Below, in pieces: positions 1 through 9,178 of a DNA stretch of 27,395 bases. The notes beneath the pieces are model-generated. The model was not told the DNA's origin. It saw only the letters and a list, made by a program, of their open reading frames with translations, and ran no database searches. Origin of the DNA: a virus. Its lineage: Duplodnaviria; Caudoviricetes. The stretch lies in IMG/VR virus record IMGVR_UViG_3300046739_000137, positions 1-27,395 of that record; one strand, given 5' to 3'. Within the stretch, counting starts at the first letter, position 1. Each line of letters starts with the position of its first letter. The translations under genes and the position numbers were made by a program.

Positions 1-1
1 C

Positions 2-1126
2 ATGGCCAACACGCAAAGCGATCGCTTGGCCACCTTACTGGGCAAGGAGATCGACCTTAGTGGTGCGCCGGCGGCGGGCGATCCCAACGCCATTACCAAT
101 GTCCCGCAAGCGGCAACGACGTTTGGCGATGTTGGCCAGCAACAGTCGACGTTTGGCGCTGCCGGCGACATCACCAAGAGCTACGGCGCCGGCGACTTCT
201 CCGCCGATCGGCAGAACGTGCAGGACGCGCTGATGGCGCGCATGAACCCGCAGCTCGCCATCGAGAAGCAAGGCATCGAGCAGCAACTTGCCGACCAGGG
301 CATCCGTTACGGCAGTCAGGCTTATTCCGATGCCATGATGAACTATTCCCGCCAAGCCAACGACGCGCGCTTTGGCGCGATCAGTCAGGCGGGACAAGAG
401 CAGCAGCGCATGATGGACATGGCGGCGCAGCGCGCCGGGTTCGAGAACGCTGCGCAGCAGCAACAATACGAAGAGGAACAAGGCCGCGGCACGTTTGCCA
501 ACCAGGCGCAGGCAGCCAACTTCCAGCAGGCTGGCGCGCGCGCCGACTACTTGAACGCAGGGTTAGCGCAGCAGGTGGCGCAGGCGCAAACCGGTTTTAA
601 CGCGCAGAACATGGCGCGCAATCAGTTCATGAACGAGCAGTACGCGCAGCGCAACCAGCCGATCAATGAGATCTCGTCGCTGTTGTCCGGCTCGCAGATC
701 AACAACCCCAACTTCGTCAACACGCCGAACAATCAGATCCCGACCACCGACGTCGCTGGCTTGATCAACAACCGGTTCAGCCAGGACATGTCGATCTACC
801 AGCAGCAGAACCAGAACTACCAGCAGCAGCAGGCCGGCATGTACGGCCTCATGGGCGGCATTCTCAAAGGCGGCATCGGGCTGCTGTCGGACGTGCGCGA
901 GAAAGAGAACATCACCAAGCTTGGCAGTGTGCTGACGCCGCACAGCAACGACAATGAGCTGCCGATCTACAAGTACAGCTACAAGGGAGATCCGGCATCG
1001 GTCATGCACGTCGGCCCGATGGCGCAGGACGTCGAGAAGATCGATCCGAGCGCGGTGATCGAACACAAAGGCCGTAAGTACATCGACGGCGGCAAGTTGG
1101 GTTCCGTTTTAGGAATGGCGGCGTGA
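2..1126 (+). CDS. Gln-rich internal virion/ejection protein with C-terminal peptidase S74-like (autocleaving chaperone) domain; probably 5'-truncated
   Basis: Q/A/N-rich helical body, a GGILKGGIGLL linker, then SDVREKENI...LPIYKYSYKGD...HVGPMAQDVEKIDPSAV, matching the S74 pattern. The frame runs to the window edge. Confidence 0.7.
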   Translation: MANTQSDRLATLLGKEIDLSGAPAAGDPNAITNVPQAATTFGDVGQQQSTFGAAGDITKSYGAGDFSADRQNVQDALMARMNPQLAIEKQGIEQQLADQGIRYGSQAYSDAMMNYSRQANDARFGAISQAGQEQQRMMDMAAQRAGFENAAQQQQYEEEQGRGTFANQAQAANFQQAGARADYLNAGLAQQVAQAQTGFNAQNMARNQFMNEQYAQRNQPINEISSLLSGSQINNPNFVNTPNNQIPTTDVAGLINNRFSQDMSIYQQQNQNYQQQQAGMYGLMGGILKGGIGLLSDVREKENITKLGSVLTPHSNDNELPIYKYSYKGDPASVMHVGPMAQDVEKIDPSAVIEHKGRKYIDGGKLGSVLGMAA

Positions 1127-1127
1127 C

Positions 1128-4025
1128 ATGGCACTCGAGGACGCTGGCAGTTTCATATTCGGCGGCAGTACTGGACTGAGCTACGAGCAGCTCAAGCAGC
1201 GGCGCGCAATCGCGCAGGCGCTGGCGTCTCGGCAAGGCGGCTTTCCCAAGAACAAAGGCGAAGGCCTGACTTACTTGGGGCAGAGTATCGGCGAAGCGTT
1301 GTCGGACTTGGGATTGCAACGCCGCGAGGCCGAGGCTTTAAGGCGCAGCGGCGCGTTACGCAGCGGTGCTGGGGCGCCGGCAACAACCTACACGCCGTCG
1401 GAGCAGGCGCCACCGGCAACACCACCGCCAGCATCACCGCCGCCCGCAAAAACCAGTGACGCCGGCGAGGGTGACACGCTGGCACCGGTGGTGGCGGCTA
1501 GCACGATGGATACGGACGAGGCGCCGACGACGTCAGTCGCAGGCTTCTCCGATACAGCGCCGGTGGCGCCTTGGCCAACAACTGTCGCTGCAACCAGCGA
1601 GCAGCCGTCTTTCAGTGACCGGTTTGCCGCGGCAACACCGCCACCAGTGCAGGACACGCCGCCAGCGTCAGTGCGCGATCGCATCGCGGCGCTCGTGCAG
1701 CCGGTGTCGCAGGATCCCAACGCGCCGGCGCCACTGACCGGCGGCAACAACGCAGTCAATGCTGACACCATGGCGTTGCCGCAGCTCGCCTCGATGCAGG
1801 CGAATGTGAAACAGGCTGGCCCCGTGCCGGCGCCGGATGTGGCATTACCGCGCGGAGATCCGCGCACGACGAGCGGTGTCCGCGCCACGATGGAGGCGGC
1901 ATTGTCGCGCGGCGGACAGTCGCCGGCGGCGATCAGCGGCATCGAGCGCAACGTGCGCGATGAGAGCAGCTTTGATCCGAACCTGCGCCACCCCGACCAG
2001 CCGGGATTTTCCGGCGAGGCGCGCTATGCGCACGGCCTCTACCAAGAGGGCGGTGACGAGTGGAACAACTACGTCAACTGGATCGACAAGAACGCGCCCG
2101 GGAGTGATTGGCGGGATCCCAACCTGCAGAGCAAGTTCCTGGCCGAGCGGCTGCAGGATCCACAGTACGCGCGCGCCAATGCGGAGATGAACCGGCCCGA
2201 CACCTCGCCTAGCGGTGCGGCGATCTCTTTCCTGCAGGGCTATCTCAAGCCGGCGCCGCAATACATGGCGCAGCGCACCGAGCAGTACGCGCGCGAGAAC
2301 AATGATCCGGCCTACGCGAACAAGCAGATCGCCCAGGGTGGCGACACCGGCAGTGCCACGGTCGGTGGTCGGGCCGGACCAAGCGGCCGCGAGGGCGGCG
2401 CACCGCCAGAAGACGCGCGCGACCTGGTGACCCAGGCCCTGCTTTCGCAGTCGCAGCAAAAACCGCAGGAGCAGGCTACCAGCGACGATTATCTGCCTGA
2501 TGTCGTCGGAATGACCAACCGCACAACCCTGCCGCAGCGGCCCACAGCGGCCCTTGGGAGGGCCGGTGTGCAGGGAGATGTATCTCTCCCCACCCTGCAG
2601 CCAATGGGCGCACTGACGGGCGCGCCTACCCCCGCGGCAGGTACGCCGCCAGGTTCGCCGCCAGGCTCGCCGCAGGGTGGCGACCCGCGCGATGCGATCG
2701 CGGCCGCTATTGCAGCGCAGCAATCGCCTGATGTGCCGTTGGCAGATCCCACCGGCGCCGGTGCCGTGGCACCGATCGCTGCGCAGGGGCCGCAACCGAC
2801 CATGACCGACATTCAGCCGGCACCGGTCGGCGGGCCCGGTGACGTCCTGGCGCAAGCTGGTCCGCAAACTCCGCAGCAGCCCCCGCCACCGACATACGCG
2901 CAGCGTCCATCGCAGGATCTAATCCCGCCACAGGCGGGTGCGCCGCCGTTTCCCGATCCTGGCAGGCCGCCGACGCGGGCGCCCGACTTGGGTCCGTCGA
3001 AGAGCATGGACTACTGGATGCAGAAGGCGACTGACCCGATGCTCAGTCCCGACGATCGGGCGTACGCACAGCAGAAGTATCAACAGGAAGACACCTTCCG
3101 GCAGCAGCGGCAGAAGGAGCAGGACGCCGACTACGCCAACCGGCTCTCGGTCTACAACGAGAACATCAAGGCGAAGCGTGAATATGAACTCAAAACACAG
3201 CAGCCTGAGTGGGCACTCGACCAGACGATCAAGCGACTGACGATCGAGAAAGACCAGGCCGAGCGCGCCAACGATCCCGTTGTGGCGCAACAGAAGCGTG
3301 TCGACTTGGAGAAGGCCAAGGCGGAACTGGCGAAGACGCGCCAAGGCCTCATTGCGACCGGTCAGCCTGGTCAGCAGCAGCCAGGGCAGCCGCCGCCGCA
3401 GCAAACCGATCCGGCGCTTGGCACACCGCAAAGTCCGCAGCGCAGCGGCACACCCAACGTGCCGCCCGTTCCGGCCGGCATTGCGCCGGAAAAATGGGCC
3501 GAGCTGCAAGCGCCCGTGCAAGTCGCCGCTGTCGAGGCCGTTCAGAAGGCGACGCCACAGTTCGATGATGCGATTAAAGCGATCCAACAGGCGCGGACGC
3601 ATCCTGGCCGGGAATACGGCCTTGGTCCGGCCAGCAGCGTGACGACAAAATTCCCCGGCACTGACGCTTATGCCTTTGGCAAGATCAACGATCAGATGGT
3701 CGGCAAAACATTCTTGACTGCATACAACACCCTTAAGGGCGGCGGTCAGATTTCAAACGTCGAAGGCGACAAGGCGCAGGTTGCACAGGCGCGAATTGAT
3801 CCAAATCAAAAACCTAAGGATTACGATGCGGCGTTGAATGATCTTGAGACGCAGCTGCGCCGTGATCTCGAGACGGCGCAACGCAAAGTCAACGCGCCGG
3901 TTACCGCGTGGCGCGCACAAGGAGACAATTCATCGTATGCGCCTGACATCGGCGAGCGGAAAGGCAACCACCAATATATCGGCGGCAATCCGCGCGATCC
4001 CATGAGCTGGAGAAAGATCCAGTGA
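1128..4025 (+). CDS. Large ejection/DNA-transfer protein with internal phage tail lysozyme-like domain
   Basis: 965 aa, Pro/Ala/Gln-rich. Segment AISGIERNVRDESSFDP...HGLYQ...DPNLQSKFLAERL...AAISFLQGYLKP resembles Phage_lysozyme2. C-terminus is YIGGNPRDPMSW. Lies among virion genes. Confidence 0.7.
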   Translation: MALEDAGSFIFGGSTGLSYEQLKQRRAIAQALASRQGGFPKNKGEGLTYLGQSIGEALSDLGLQRREAEALRRSGALRSGAGAPATTYTPSEQAPPATPPPASPPPAKTSDAGEGDTLAPVVAASTMDTDEAPTTSVAGFSDTAPVAPWPTTVAATSEQPSFSDRFAAATPPPVQDTPPASVRDRIAALVQPVSQDPNAPAPLTGGNNAVNADTMALPQLASMQANVKQAGPVPAPDVALPRGDPRTTSGVRATMEAALSRGGQSPAAISGIERNVRDESSFDPNLRHPDQPGFSGEARYAHGLYQEGGDEWNNYVNWIDKNAPGSDWRDPNLQSKFLAERLQDPQYARANAEMNRPDTSPSGAAISFLQGYLKPAPQYMAQRTEQYARENNDPAYANKQIAQGGDTGSATVGGRAGPSGREGGAPPEDARDLVTQALLSQSQQKPQEQATSDDYLPDVVGMTNRTTLPQRPTAALGRAGVQGDVSLPTLQPMGALTGAPTPAAGTPPGSPPGSPQGGDPRDAIAAAIAAQQSPDVPLADPTGAGAVAPIAAQGPQPTMTDIQPAPVGGPGDVLAQAGPQTPQQPPPPTYAQRPSQDLIPPQAGAPPFPDPGRPPTRAPDLGPSKSMDYWMQKATDPMLSPDDRAYAQQKYQQEDTFRQQRQKEQDADYANRLSVYNENIKAKREYELKTQQPEWALDQTIKRLTIEKDQAERANDPVVAQQKRVDLEKAKAELAKTRQGLIATGQPGQQQPGQPPPQQTDPALGTPQSPQRSGTPNVPPVPAGIAPEKWAELQAPVQVAAVEAVQKATPQFDDAIKAIQQARTHPGREYGLGPASSVTTKFPGTDAYAFGKINDQMVGKTFLTAYNTLKGGGQISNVEGDKAQVAQARIDPNQKPKDYDAALNDLETQLRRDLETAQRKVNAPVTAWRAQGDNSSYAPDIGERKGNHQYIGGNPRDPMSWRKIQ

Positions 4026-5422
4026 GTGAAGAGAGGCCGTGGGAAGATTTTCAAGACCCGCTAACCGCCTCAGCTCCGCCTACTGCGGCGCCGGCCGAGG
4101 CGGCGCCATGGGAGGCCTATACTGATCCGATCGCCGGTCCCGATAAGCCGCCACCACAGTTCAACCAACCCTTTGGCGAACTGAAACCTTACACGCCATC
4201 GCCATCCGAGCGGGTCGGCCAGTGGGCATCGGACCTATTTCGTGGCGCCGGCGCGGATCCGTACACGGCCGGAAAGTTTGGCCGCGGTGCGCGCGACGTC
4301 TTGGGGTTGACACCGGCCGGCCCGTTGATGGCGGGCGCCGATGTGCAGCACTACGCCGGTGAGGGCGATTACGGAAAAGCAGCTCTCAGCGCGGTAGGCG
4401 TGTTGCCTGGCACCAGCCTGGCGCGCAGCGCGGTGGGTGAGGGCGTCAACGCGGCGACCAGGATCCCGCTTAACTTTGCCGAGAACCCTGCGCGCGAGGT
4501 GTTATCGGCGCCGACGAGCCAGCAGCTCCTGGACAAAGGCGCCAGCAGATTTGGCGAGTACCGCAATGCGCCGGTGGTCTACTCGCCGGACTCGATCGCG
4601 CAGCTCGCCAACGACATGAAGGCCAAGCTTGCCTCGAGCGGCCAGTACGAAAAAGCAGCGCCGGTCACGCACGAGGCGATCGATGTCTTGCTCGACAAGA
4701 CCAAGACCAGGCCGCTGATTACGCCGGCGGACATCGATGAATTTCGTCAAGCAACAAGTGTCGGCAGCAAGAAAGGCGAAAGCGGCGCCATGCAGGCGCG
4801 TTCGATGCTCTACGATCATCTCGACAAGACCGGCAACGATGCCTTGCAGAAAGGCGTTGCCGATTACGCCGCCGGCAAACGCGGCAGCATTGTCGACACT
4901 ATCTTGCGCAAGTCAGCCAACGCCTCTGATCCAGAACGCGCATTGACCAATCAGCTGCGCAGCACCGTCGAGAGCACGACGCAGCGCCCGCGTGGTTTCG
5001 TCCCAGAAGAGATTGCTGCGCTCGATGCCGCAAAAACCGGATCTCGCGGGGTGCGCGCGCTCGAGGGCGGCGCCAACGCGCTCACCGGCGGTGGTGGGAT
5101 TGTCGGCGCCTTGTCGCGTCTTACTCCAATCAGTACAGGCATGGCCTACCTTGGTCATGCTGTCGGTGGCCCGGTCGGTGGTGCTATCGGTTTTGCTTTG
5201 CCTGGTGCTACTGCCAGCGGCATGCGCGCTGGCGCTGGTTCGTTGCGACGCGGCGCCGCTGAAGAGGCTGGCAATCTGGTACGGCAACGCTCGCCGATGT
5301 TTCGCGAGGCGCAGGCCGCTAGCGATGCTGATCCGCTCTATTACCCAGGAACACCAGCGCAAAACTTTGTCATGCGCAACGCGATTACGCAGGCGCTGAT
5401 CAATCAGCAGGGGGGTCAGTAA
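4022..5422 (+). CDS. Putative ejection/DNA-transfer virion protein
   Basis: GTGA overlap with the upstream gene. N-terminal PWE repeats and a Gly/Ala-rich hydrophobic C-terminal segment (GHAVGGPVGGAIGFALPG), typical of podoviral ejection proteins. Confidence 0.6.
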   Translation: MSEERPWEDFQDPLTASAPPTAAPAEAAPWEAYTDPIAGPDKPPPQFNQPFGELKPYTPSPSERVGQWASDLFRGAGADPYTAGKFGRGARDVLGLTPAGPLMAGADVQHYAGEGDYGKAALSAVGVLPGTSLARSAVGEGVNAATRIPLNFAENPAREVLSAPTSQQLLDKGASRFGEYRNAPVVYSPDSIAQLANDMKAKLASSGQYEKAAPVTHEAIDVLLDKTKTRPLITPADIDEFRQATSVGSKKGESGAMQARSMLYDHLDKTGNDALQKGVADYAAGKRGSIVDTILRKSANASDPERALTNQLRSTVESTTQRPRGFVPEEIAALDAAKTGSRGVRALEGGANALTGGGGIVGALSRLTPISTGMAYLGHAVGGPVGGAIGFALPGATASGMRAGAGSLRRGAAEEAGNLVRQRSPMFREAQAASDADPLYYPGTPAQNFVMRNAITQALINQQGGQ

Positions 5423-6519
5423 TGCCGCGCGACGGTTCAAACGTCTATCATATCCCGGCCGGCACTCAGGGTATTCCCGATCAGTCGATCGAGAGTAACA
5501 AGTACAACATTTTCATCGCCGACGTTGAGCAGGATCTTAATATCCCGCGTCCAATCATCGCTGGCGGCACCGGCGCCACCAATGTCGATGACGCGCTCAA
5601 CACAATGGGTGGTGAGAAGGCGTCACAGATCGTCACTAATTTCGATAGCCAGCTTTGGTATCCAGGATCGTTTTATGCGGCCAGCACCGCCACCAGCTCG
5701 CCAGTAGCCGGACACGCTTTTGTCGGGTGGGTCTACAGTTCCGATCCGCCGGCCGTGCCGCCGGCCAATAACAACCTGGTGGTCGAGGCGCGCGACCAGA
5801 ACGACACCGTTGTCCCCGGCAGCCTGTGGGTGCGCGAGAAGAAGGGCGGTGTGTGGGGACCGTGGACGAAACCGGCCGCAGCGCAGGCGCCGCTCGACAG
5901 CCCCGTGCTTACAGGAGATCCTCAGGTGCCGACACCGGCATCGGGTGATCATGACAAGAGCATTGCTAATACGGAGTTCGTAGCAAACAGCCTCATCGCA
6001 ATGGGAACGGTGCTGCAGACCAGCATCGACACCAAGGCGCCAATCAATTCGCCAGTACTGACCGGAGATCCGCAAGCGCCGGATCAGACAGCTGGTGATA
6101 ATGACCAAAGCATTGCCAACACCAAGTTCGTGAACGCTGCCATTGCCGCCGCGGCAACAGTTCACGCCACCGTTGCCGAATTTCGCGCCAACTCTGCGCC
6201 AACGCACGTTGTCGATGTCGGCACGGTGTGGGGGGCGGCTGCGCCGGTACTTCTGGTGAGTGGAGTAGCGCCAGATTTTTCGCTTGGTCTTGATTTTCAA
6301 ATATCTGGTGGAGGGTCAGTTACGGTTGCAAATCCGGTCAATACGAAAGTAGGTCAGAAGGGTGTTTTCATGATTGTCGGTCCGACTGCTACTTGGGGGA
6401 CTGCCTACAAGTTTGCCAATGGCATCAAGCCAACAACAACAGGCACTTGGAATGTTATTTCGTACATTGTCTGGGATGCCAGCAACATTCTCTGTTCAAC
6501 GGCATCGGCACTCAGTTAA
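5422..6519 (+). CDS. Tail fibre protein
   Basis: TAATG coupling, an IAGGTGAT motif and two AP.SPVLTGDP..P.....D.SIANT.FV tail-fibre repeats. Confidence 0.8.
   Translation: MPRDGSNVYHIPAGTQGIPDQSIESNKYNIFIADVEQDLNIPRPIIAGGTGATNVDDALNTMGGEKASQIVTNFDSQLWYPGSFYAASTATSSPVAGHAFVGWVYSSDPPAVPPANNNLVVEARDQNDTVVPGSLWVREKKGGVWGPWTKPAAAQAPLDSPVLTGDPQVPTPASGDHDKSIANTEFVANSLIAMGTVLQTSIDTKAPINSPVLTGDPQAPDQTAGDNDQSIANTKFVNAAIAAAATVHATVAEFRANSAPTHVVDVGTVWGAAAPVLLVSGVAPDFSLGLDFQISGGGSVTVANPVNTKVGQKGVFMIVGPTATWGTAYKFANGIKPTTTGTWNVISYIVWDASNILCSTASALS
5887..6132 (+). repeat. Two 32-aa tail-fibre repeats (5887-5982 and 6037-6132)
   Basis: APLDSPVLTGDPQVPTPASGDHDKSIANTEFV versus APINSPVLTGDPQAPDQTAGDNDQSIANTKFV. 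Confidence 0.85.
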
Positions 6520-7466
6520 TGCTCCCCGGTATTCAGGCAATGCTGATTGGAGGTCGGCCGCGGCCGGCAACGCAACAAGTCGCAGCGTGGGGCAGCGGCA
6601 CGACGTGGACAGTCCCCGATAACTGGACTGACGACAAGAACGAGATCCACTGCATCGGCGGCGGAGGCGCAGGCGCAGGCGGGCAATCGGGCGGCGGTGG
6701 TGGTGGCGGCGCCTACTCCCGCGTTATCAATTGCATCCTCTTACCAAGATCTGTCGTCACCATCCGCATTGATGGCCCCGCTGGCTACACGCTGTTCATC
6801 AGGAGCGATGGCGCAACGCTGTGTCAGGCTGCTCCTGGCGCCGGCGGCAGCGGCAATTCTGGGGGCGCCGGCGGCAATGTCGCCAATGGCATTGGTGACG
6901 TGAAGTACAACGGCGGCAATGGCGGCACCGGATATGGTGGCGCCTTTCAGGCTGCCGGCGGCGCAGGTGGTGGTGGTGCTGCTGGCCCCAATGGCGGCGG
7001 CGGTTTTGGCGGCAACAGCAGTAGCGTTAGTTACGCGGCACCAGGTGGCGGCGGCAATGGCGGTGGCGGCAGGGGTGGCGACAGTGCGCCGTCATACGTG
7101 TCCGGCGCTGGCGGCAACAATTACGCCGGCTACGGCGGCGGTGCGGCGATCGGTGGCTCTAATCTTGATGGCGGCCATGCTGGTAACCCGGGTGTCGATG
7201 GTGGCGGTGGTGGTGGAGCCGTCTGGGACAGTTACAACCATCCCAACAATGCTGGACAAGGCGGCACTGGCGGCAACGGTCCTGATTTCGGCCAAGCCAA
7301 CCTTGGATCGGGTGGCGGTGGCGGTGGTGGTGCCAGCGGGTTTCTCGGATCTTCGTGGTACGGCGGCTATGGCGGCTATTACGGTGGGGGCGGTGGGGGC
7401 GGTGCTATATCCGGTCCCGGCGGTCCCGGCGCGCCAGGTTTGATCGTCGTTAAGTGGGGACCATGA
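6519..7466 (+). CDS. Glycine-rich tail-associated protein (fibre tip / receptor-binding candidate)
   Basis: The real start is probably ATG 6519, overlapping the TAA of the tail fibre gene. Contains GTTWTVP...IHCIGGGGAG...GGGGGGAY and ends GAPGLIVVKW, the usual pattern of phage glycine-rich domains. Confidence 0.75.
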   Translation: MLPGIQAMLIGGRPRPATQQVAAWGSGTTWTVPDNWTDDKNEIHCIGGGGAGAGGQSGGGGGGGAYSRVINCILLPRSVVTIRIDGPAGYTLFIRSDGATLCQAAPGAGGSGNSGGAGGNVANGIGDVKYNGGNGGTGYGGAFQAAGGAGGGGAAGPNGGGGFGGNSSSVSYAAPGGGGNGGGGRGGDSAPSYVSGAGGNNYAGYGGGAAIGGSNLDGGHAGNPGVDGGGGGGAVWDSYNHPNNAGQGGTGGNGPDFGQANLGSGGGGGGGASGFLGSSWYGGYGGYYGGGGGGGAISGPGGPGAPGLIVVKWGP

Positions 7467-7765
7467 CCAGGGCGATCGCCACGATATTCGTGATCGTGCT
7501 GCTGGTCGGCACCTTCCTCTACGCGCAAAGTGCAGCACCGCCGACACCGGTTTGCGTGACTGACGAGGACCGCGTCCACATTCGCGCGCAGGTTCTGGCG
7601 GCGATCGATGATGCGTTTCGGGAAAACGTCGGACACCTGTTCACCGGTTGGCTCAAGGATCCGCACCAGCAGCCGGCGCGCGCCGCAGCCGGCATGCAGA
7701 GTTCTATTGTTGCGTATCAGCGCGCTCGCGTCGACGCGCTCAAGTGGTCGCCACAGAGTTGCTAG
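7463..7765 (+). CDS. Small exported/membrane-anchored protein preceding the endolysin
   Basis: ATGA overlap, hydrophobic N-terminus (AIATIFVIVLLVGTFLYA) and two Cys. Confidence 0.65.
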   Translation: MTRAIATIFVIVLLVGTFLYAQSAAPPTPVCVTDEDRVHIRAQVLAAIDDAFRENVGHLFTGWLKDPHQQPARAAAGMQSSIVAYQRARVDALKWSPQSC

Positions 7766-7774
7766 GAGGACGCC

Positions 7775-8371
7775 ATGTCGTTCAGTTACGGCACCATGTG
7801 GCCGCTCTACGCCCAGCAGTGGGATGCCATGGAGGCGATCGACGCCGATTGGGCGGCGATGTTCAAGGAGCTGGGGCAACACGCAATAAGTAATAAATCG
7901 CGCTACCAGGGCGTCGAGCGCGACACTGGCGTTCCCTGGATGATGATCGCGGCCATACATCGCAGGGAAAGCGATTGCGACTTCGATACTTATCTGGGGA
8001 ACGGCGAGCCGCTTAACGAGGTCACCGAGCTGGTGCCGGCCGGCCGCGGGCCGTTTGACAGCTGGGAGGAGGGCGCGATCGACGCGCTCGAGTATGACGG
8101 GCTGACCGAGGTCACCGATTGGCGGCTGGAGAAAATGCTGTTTCACCTCGAGAAGTACAACGGCACCGGCTACTACAACAAAGGCCTGCCATCGCCCTAT
8201 TTGTGGGCCGGCACGACAATCCAGGAGCCTGGCAAGTACGTGGCTGACGGCAAGTTCGATGCCGATACGATGGACCAACAGCCGGGATGCAGCGGCCTGC
8301 TGTATGCAGTACACCGGTTGGATCCGCCGGCGCAGTACGAACGCGAAACGGCGGCGCCGGCCTGGATTTAA
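7775..8371 (+). CDS. Endolysin, lysozyme-family (COG5526-like)
   Basis: AGGAGG RBS. Motifs GVPWMMIAAIHRRES, YLGNGEPL, VPAGRGPF, EKYNGTGY, PSPYLWAGT and GKYVADGKFD. Confidence 0.85.
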   Translation: MSFSYGTMWPLYAQQWDAMEAIDADWAAMFKELGQHAISNKSRYQGVERDTGVPWMMIAAIHRRESDCDFDTYLGNGEPLNEVTELVPAGRGPFDSWEEGAIDALEYDGLTEVTDWRLEKMLFHLEKYNGTGYYNKGLPSPYLWAGTTIQEPGKYVADGKFDADTMDQQPGCSGLLYAVHRLDPPAQYERETAAPAWI

Positions 8372-8373
8372 TT

Positions 8374-8410
8374 AAAAAAGCCGCGACGCCTGACAACGCC
8401 GCGGCCTTTA
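8374..8410 (-). terminator. Hairpin after the endolysin, with its U-tract on the minus strand (possibly bidirectional)
   Basis: AAAAAA-GCCGCG...CGCGGC-CTTT. Confidence 0.45.
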
Positions 8411-8489
8411 AGGTTATGAGACGACCATCGGGGTGAAGGAGCCGCCCCACGAGGTGGTAATACCGTGAACCAGAAAAGGTTGCTGTACG

Positions 8490-8918
8490 GTGTCTGACAC
8501 AGGCGAACCGCGCCCGGTAATGTCGACGCTCACAACGAGTGCCTTCCCCGCCATCGGTGGCGATACAGCCGGCGACGGCTCGTTTCCGCAAGGCACCGAG
8601 GTCACGATCGTCGCCAGGGCGTACCCCGACTACGCCTTCACGCACTGGTCCTACATCAACGGCCTCGAGGCGAGCACCGACGCCTCCTACACATTCACGC
8701 TCACCACCAACACCGAGCTGGTCGCACACTTTGAATATGACAAGGCGGTGTTCGATCTCGTCAAGCTGACGCGGTGCGACAGCGAAGGCGTCCGCCAGCA
8801 GTCGGTCTGGGTGAACCCGGCGCACGTCATTTACGTTACCGTGCGGGCTGATGGCGTGACACACGTTTACTTGCGCGACGAGAAGGAAATGTTCGTCCTC
8901 GAGCGGCCACCGGAGTAA
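8490..8918 (+). CDS. Divergent InlB B-repeat-like domain fused to a FlbD-like domain (start 8490 or 8520)
   Basis: GGDTAGDGSFPQGTEVTIVARAYPDYAFTHWS...YTFTLTTNTELVAHFE, followed by LVKLTRCD...VWVNPAHVIYV...THVYL...MFVLERP. Confidence 0.6.
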   Translation: MSDTGEPRPVMSTLTTSAFPAIGGDTAGDGSFPQGTEVTIVARAYPDYAFTHWSYINGLEASTDASYTFTLTTNTELVAHFEYDKAVFDLVKLTRCDSEGVRQQSVWVNPAHVIYVTVRADGVTHVYLRDEKEMFVLERPPE

Positions 8919-8923
8919 TCGCC

Positions 8924-9148
8924 ATGATCGAAGCAATCATCTATGCGCTGATTTACATTTGCTTGCTGGCGTTGGTGATCTACTTGATCATCTGGGTACT
9001 GCAGACGGTGGCCGGCATTGCCCTGCCACCCAAGGTCGTCCAGATTATCTGGATCATTTTTGCCTTGGTCTGCATTCTCATTCTTGTGAGGTTACTTCTT
9101 CCTCACTCAGGGCGGCTCCTGGGAGGCGTGTTGCCGCTGCTGGTTTGA
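8924..9148 (+). CDS. Small two-TM membrane protein, holin candidate
   Basis: GGAG RBS, two long hydrophobic helices separated by LPPK, located in the lysis region. Confidence 0.65.
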   Translation: MIEAIIYALIYICLLALVIYLIIWVLQTVAGIALPPKVVQIIWIIFALVCILILVRLLLPHSGRLLGGVLPLLV

Positions 9149-9173
9149 CGCAGACGTCATGCGCTGCGATAGT
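9145..9173 (+). promoter_or_regulatory. Sigma70-type promoter for the putative sRNA
   Basis: TTGACG (9145-9150), 17 nt spacer, GATAGT (9168-9173). Confidence 0.6.
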
Positions 9174-9178
9174 GCGCC

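Noticed and set aside
5422-7466. Diversity-generating retroelement or invertible tail cassette
   Set aside because: No reverse transcriptase, invertase or TR/VR pair is visible in the window.
7463-7765. Spanin
   Set aside because: No lipobox partner or long coiled coil is evident, so it is left as an exported protein of unknown function.
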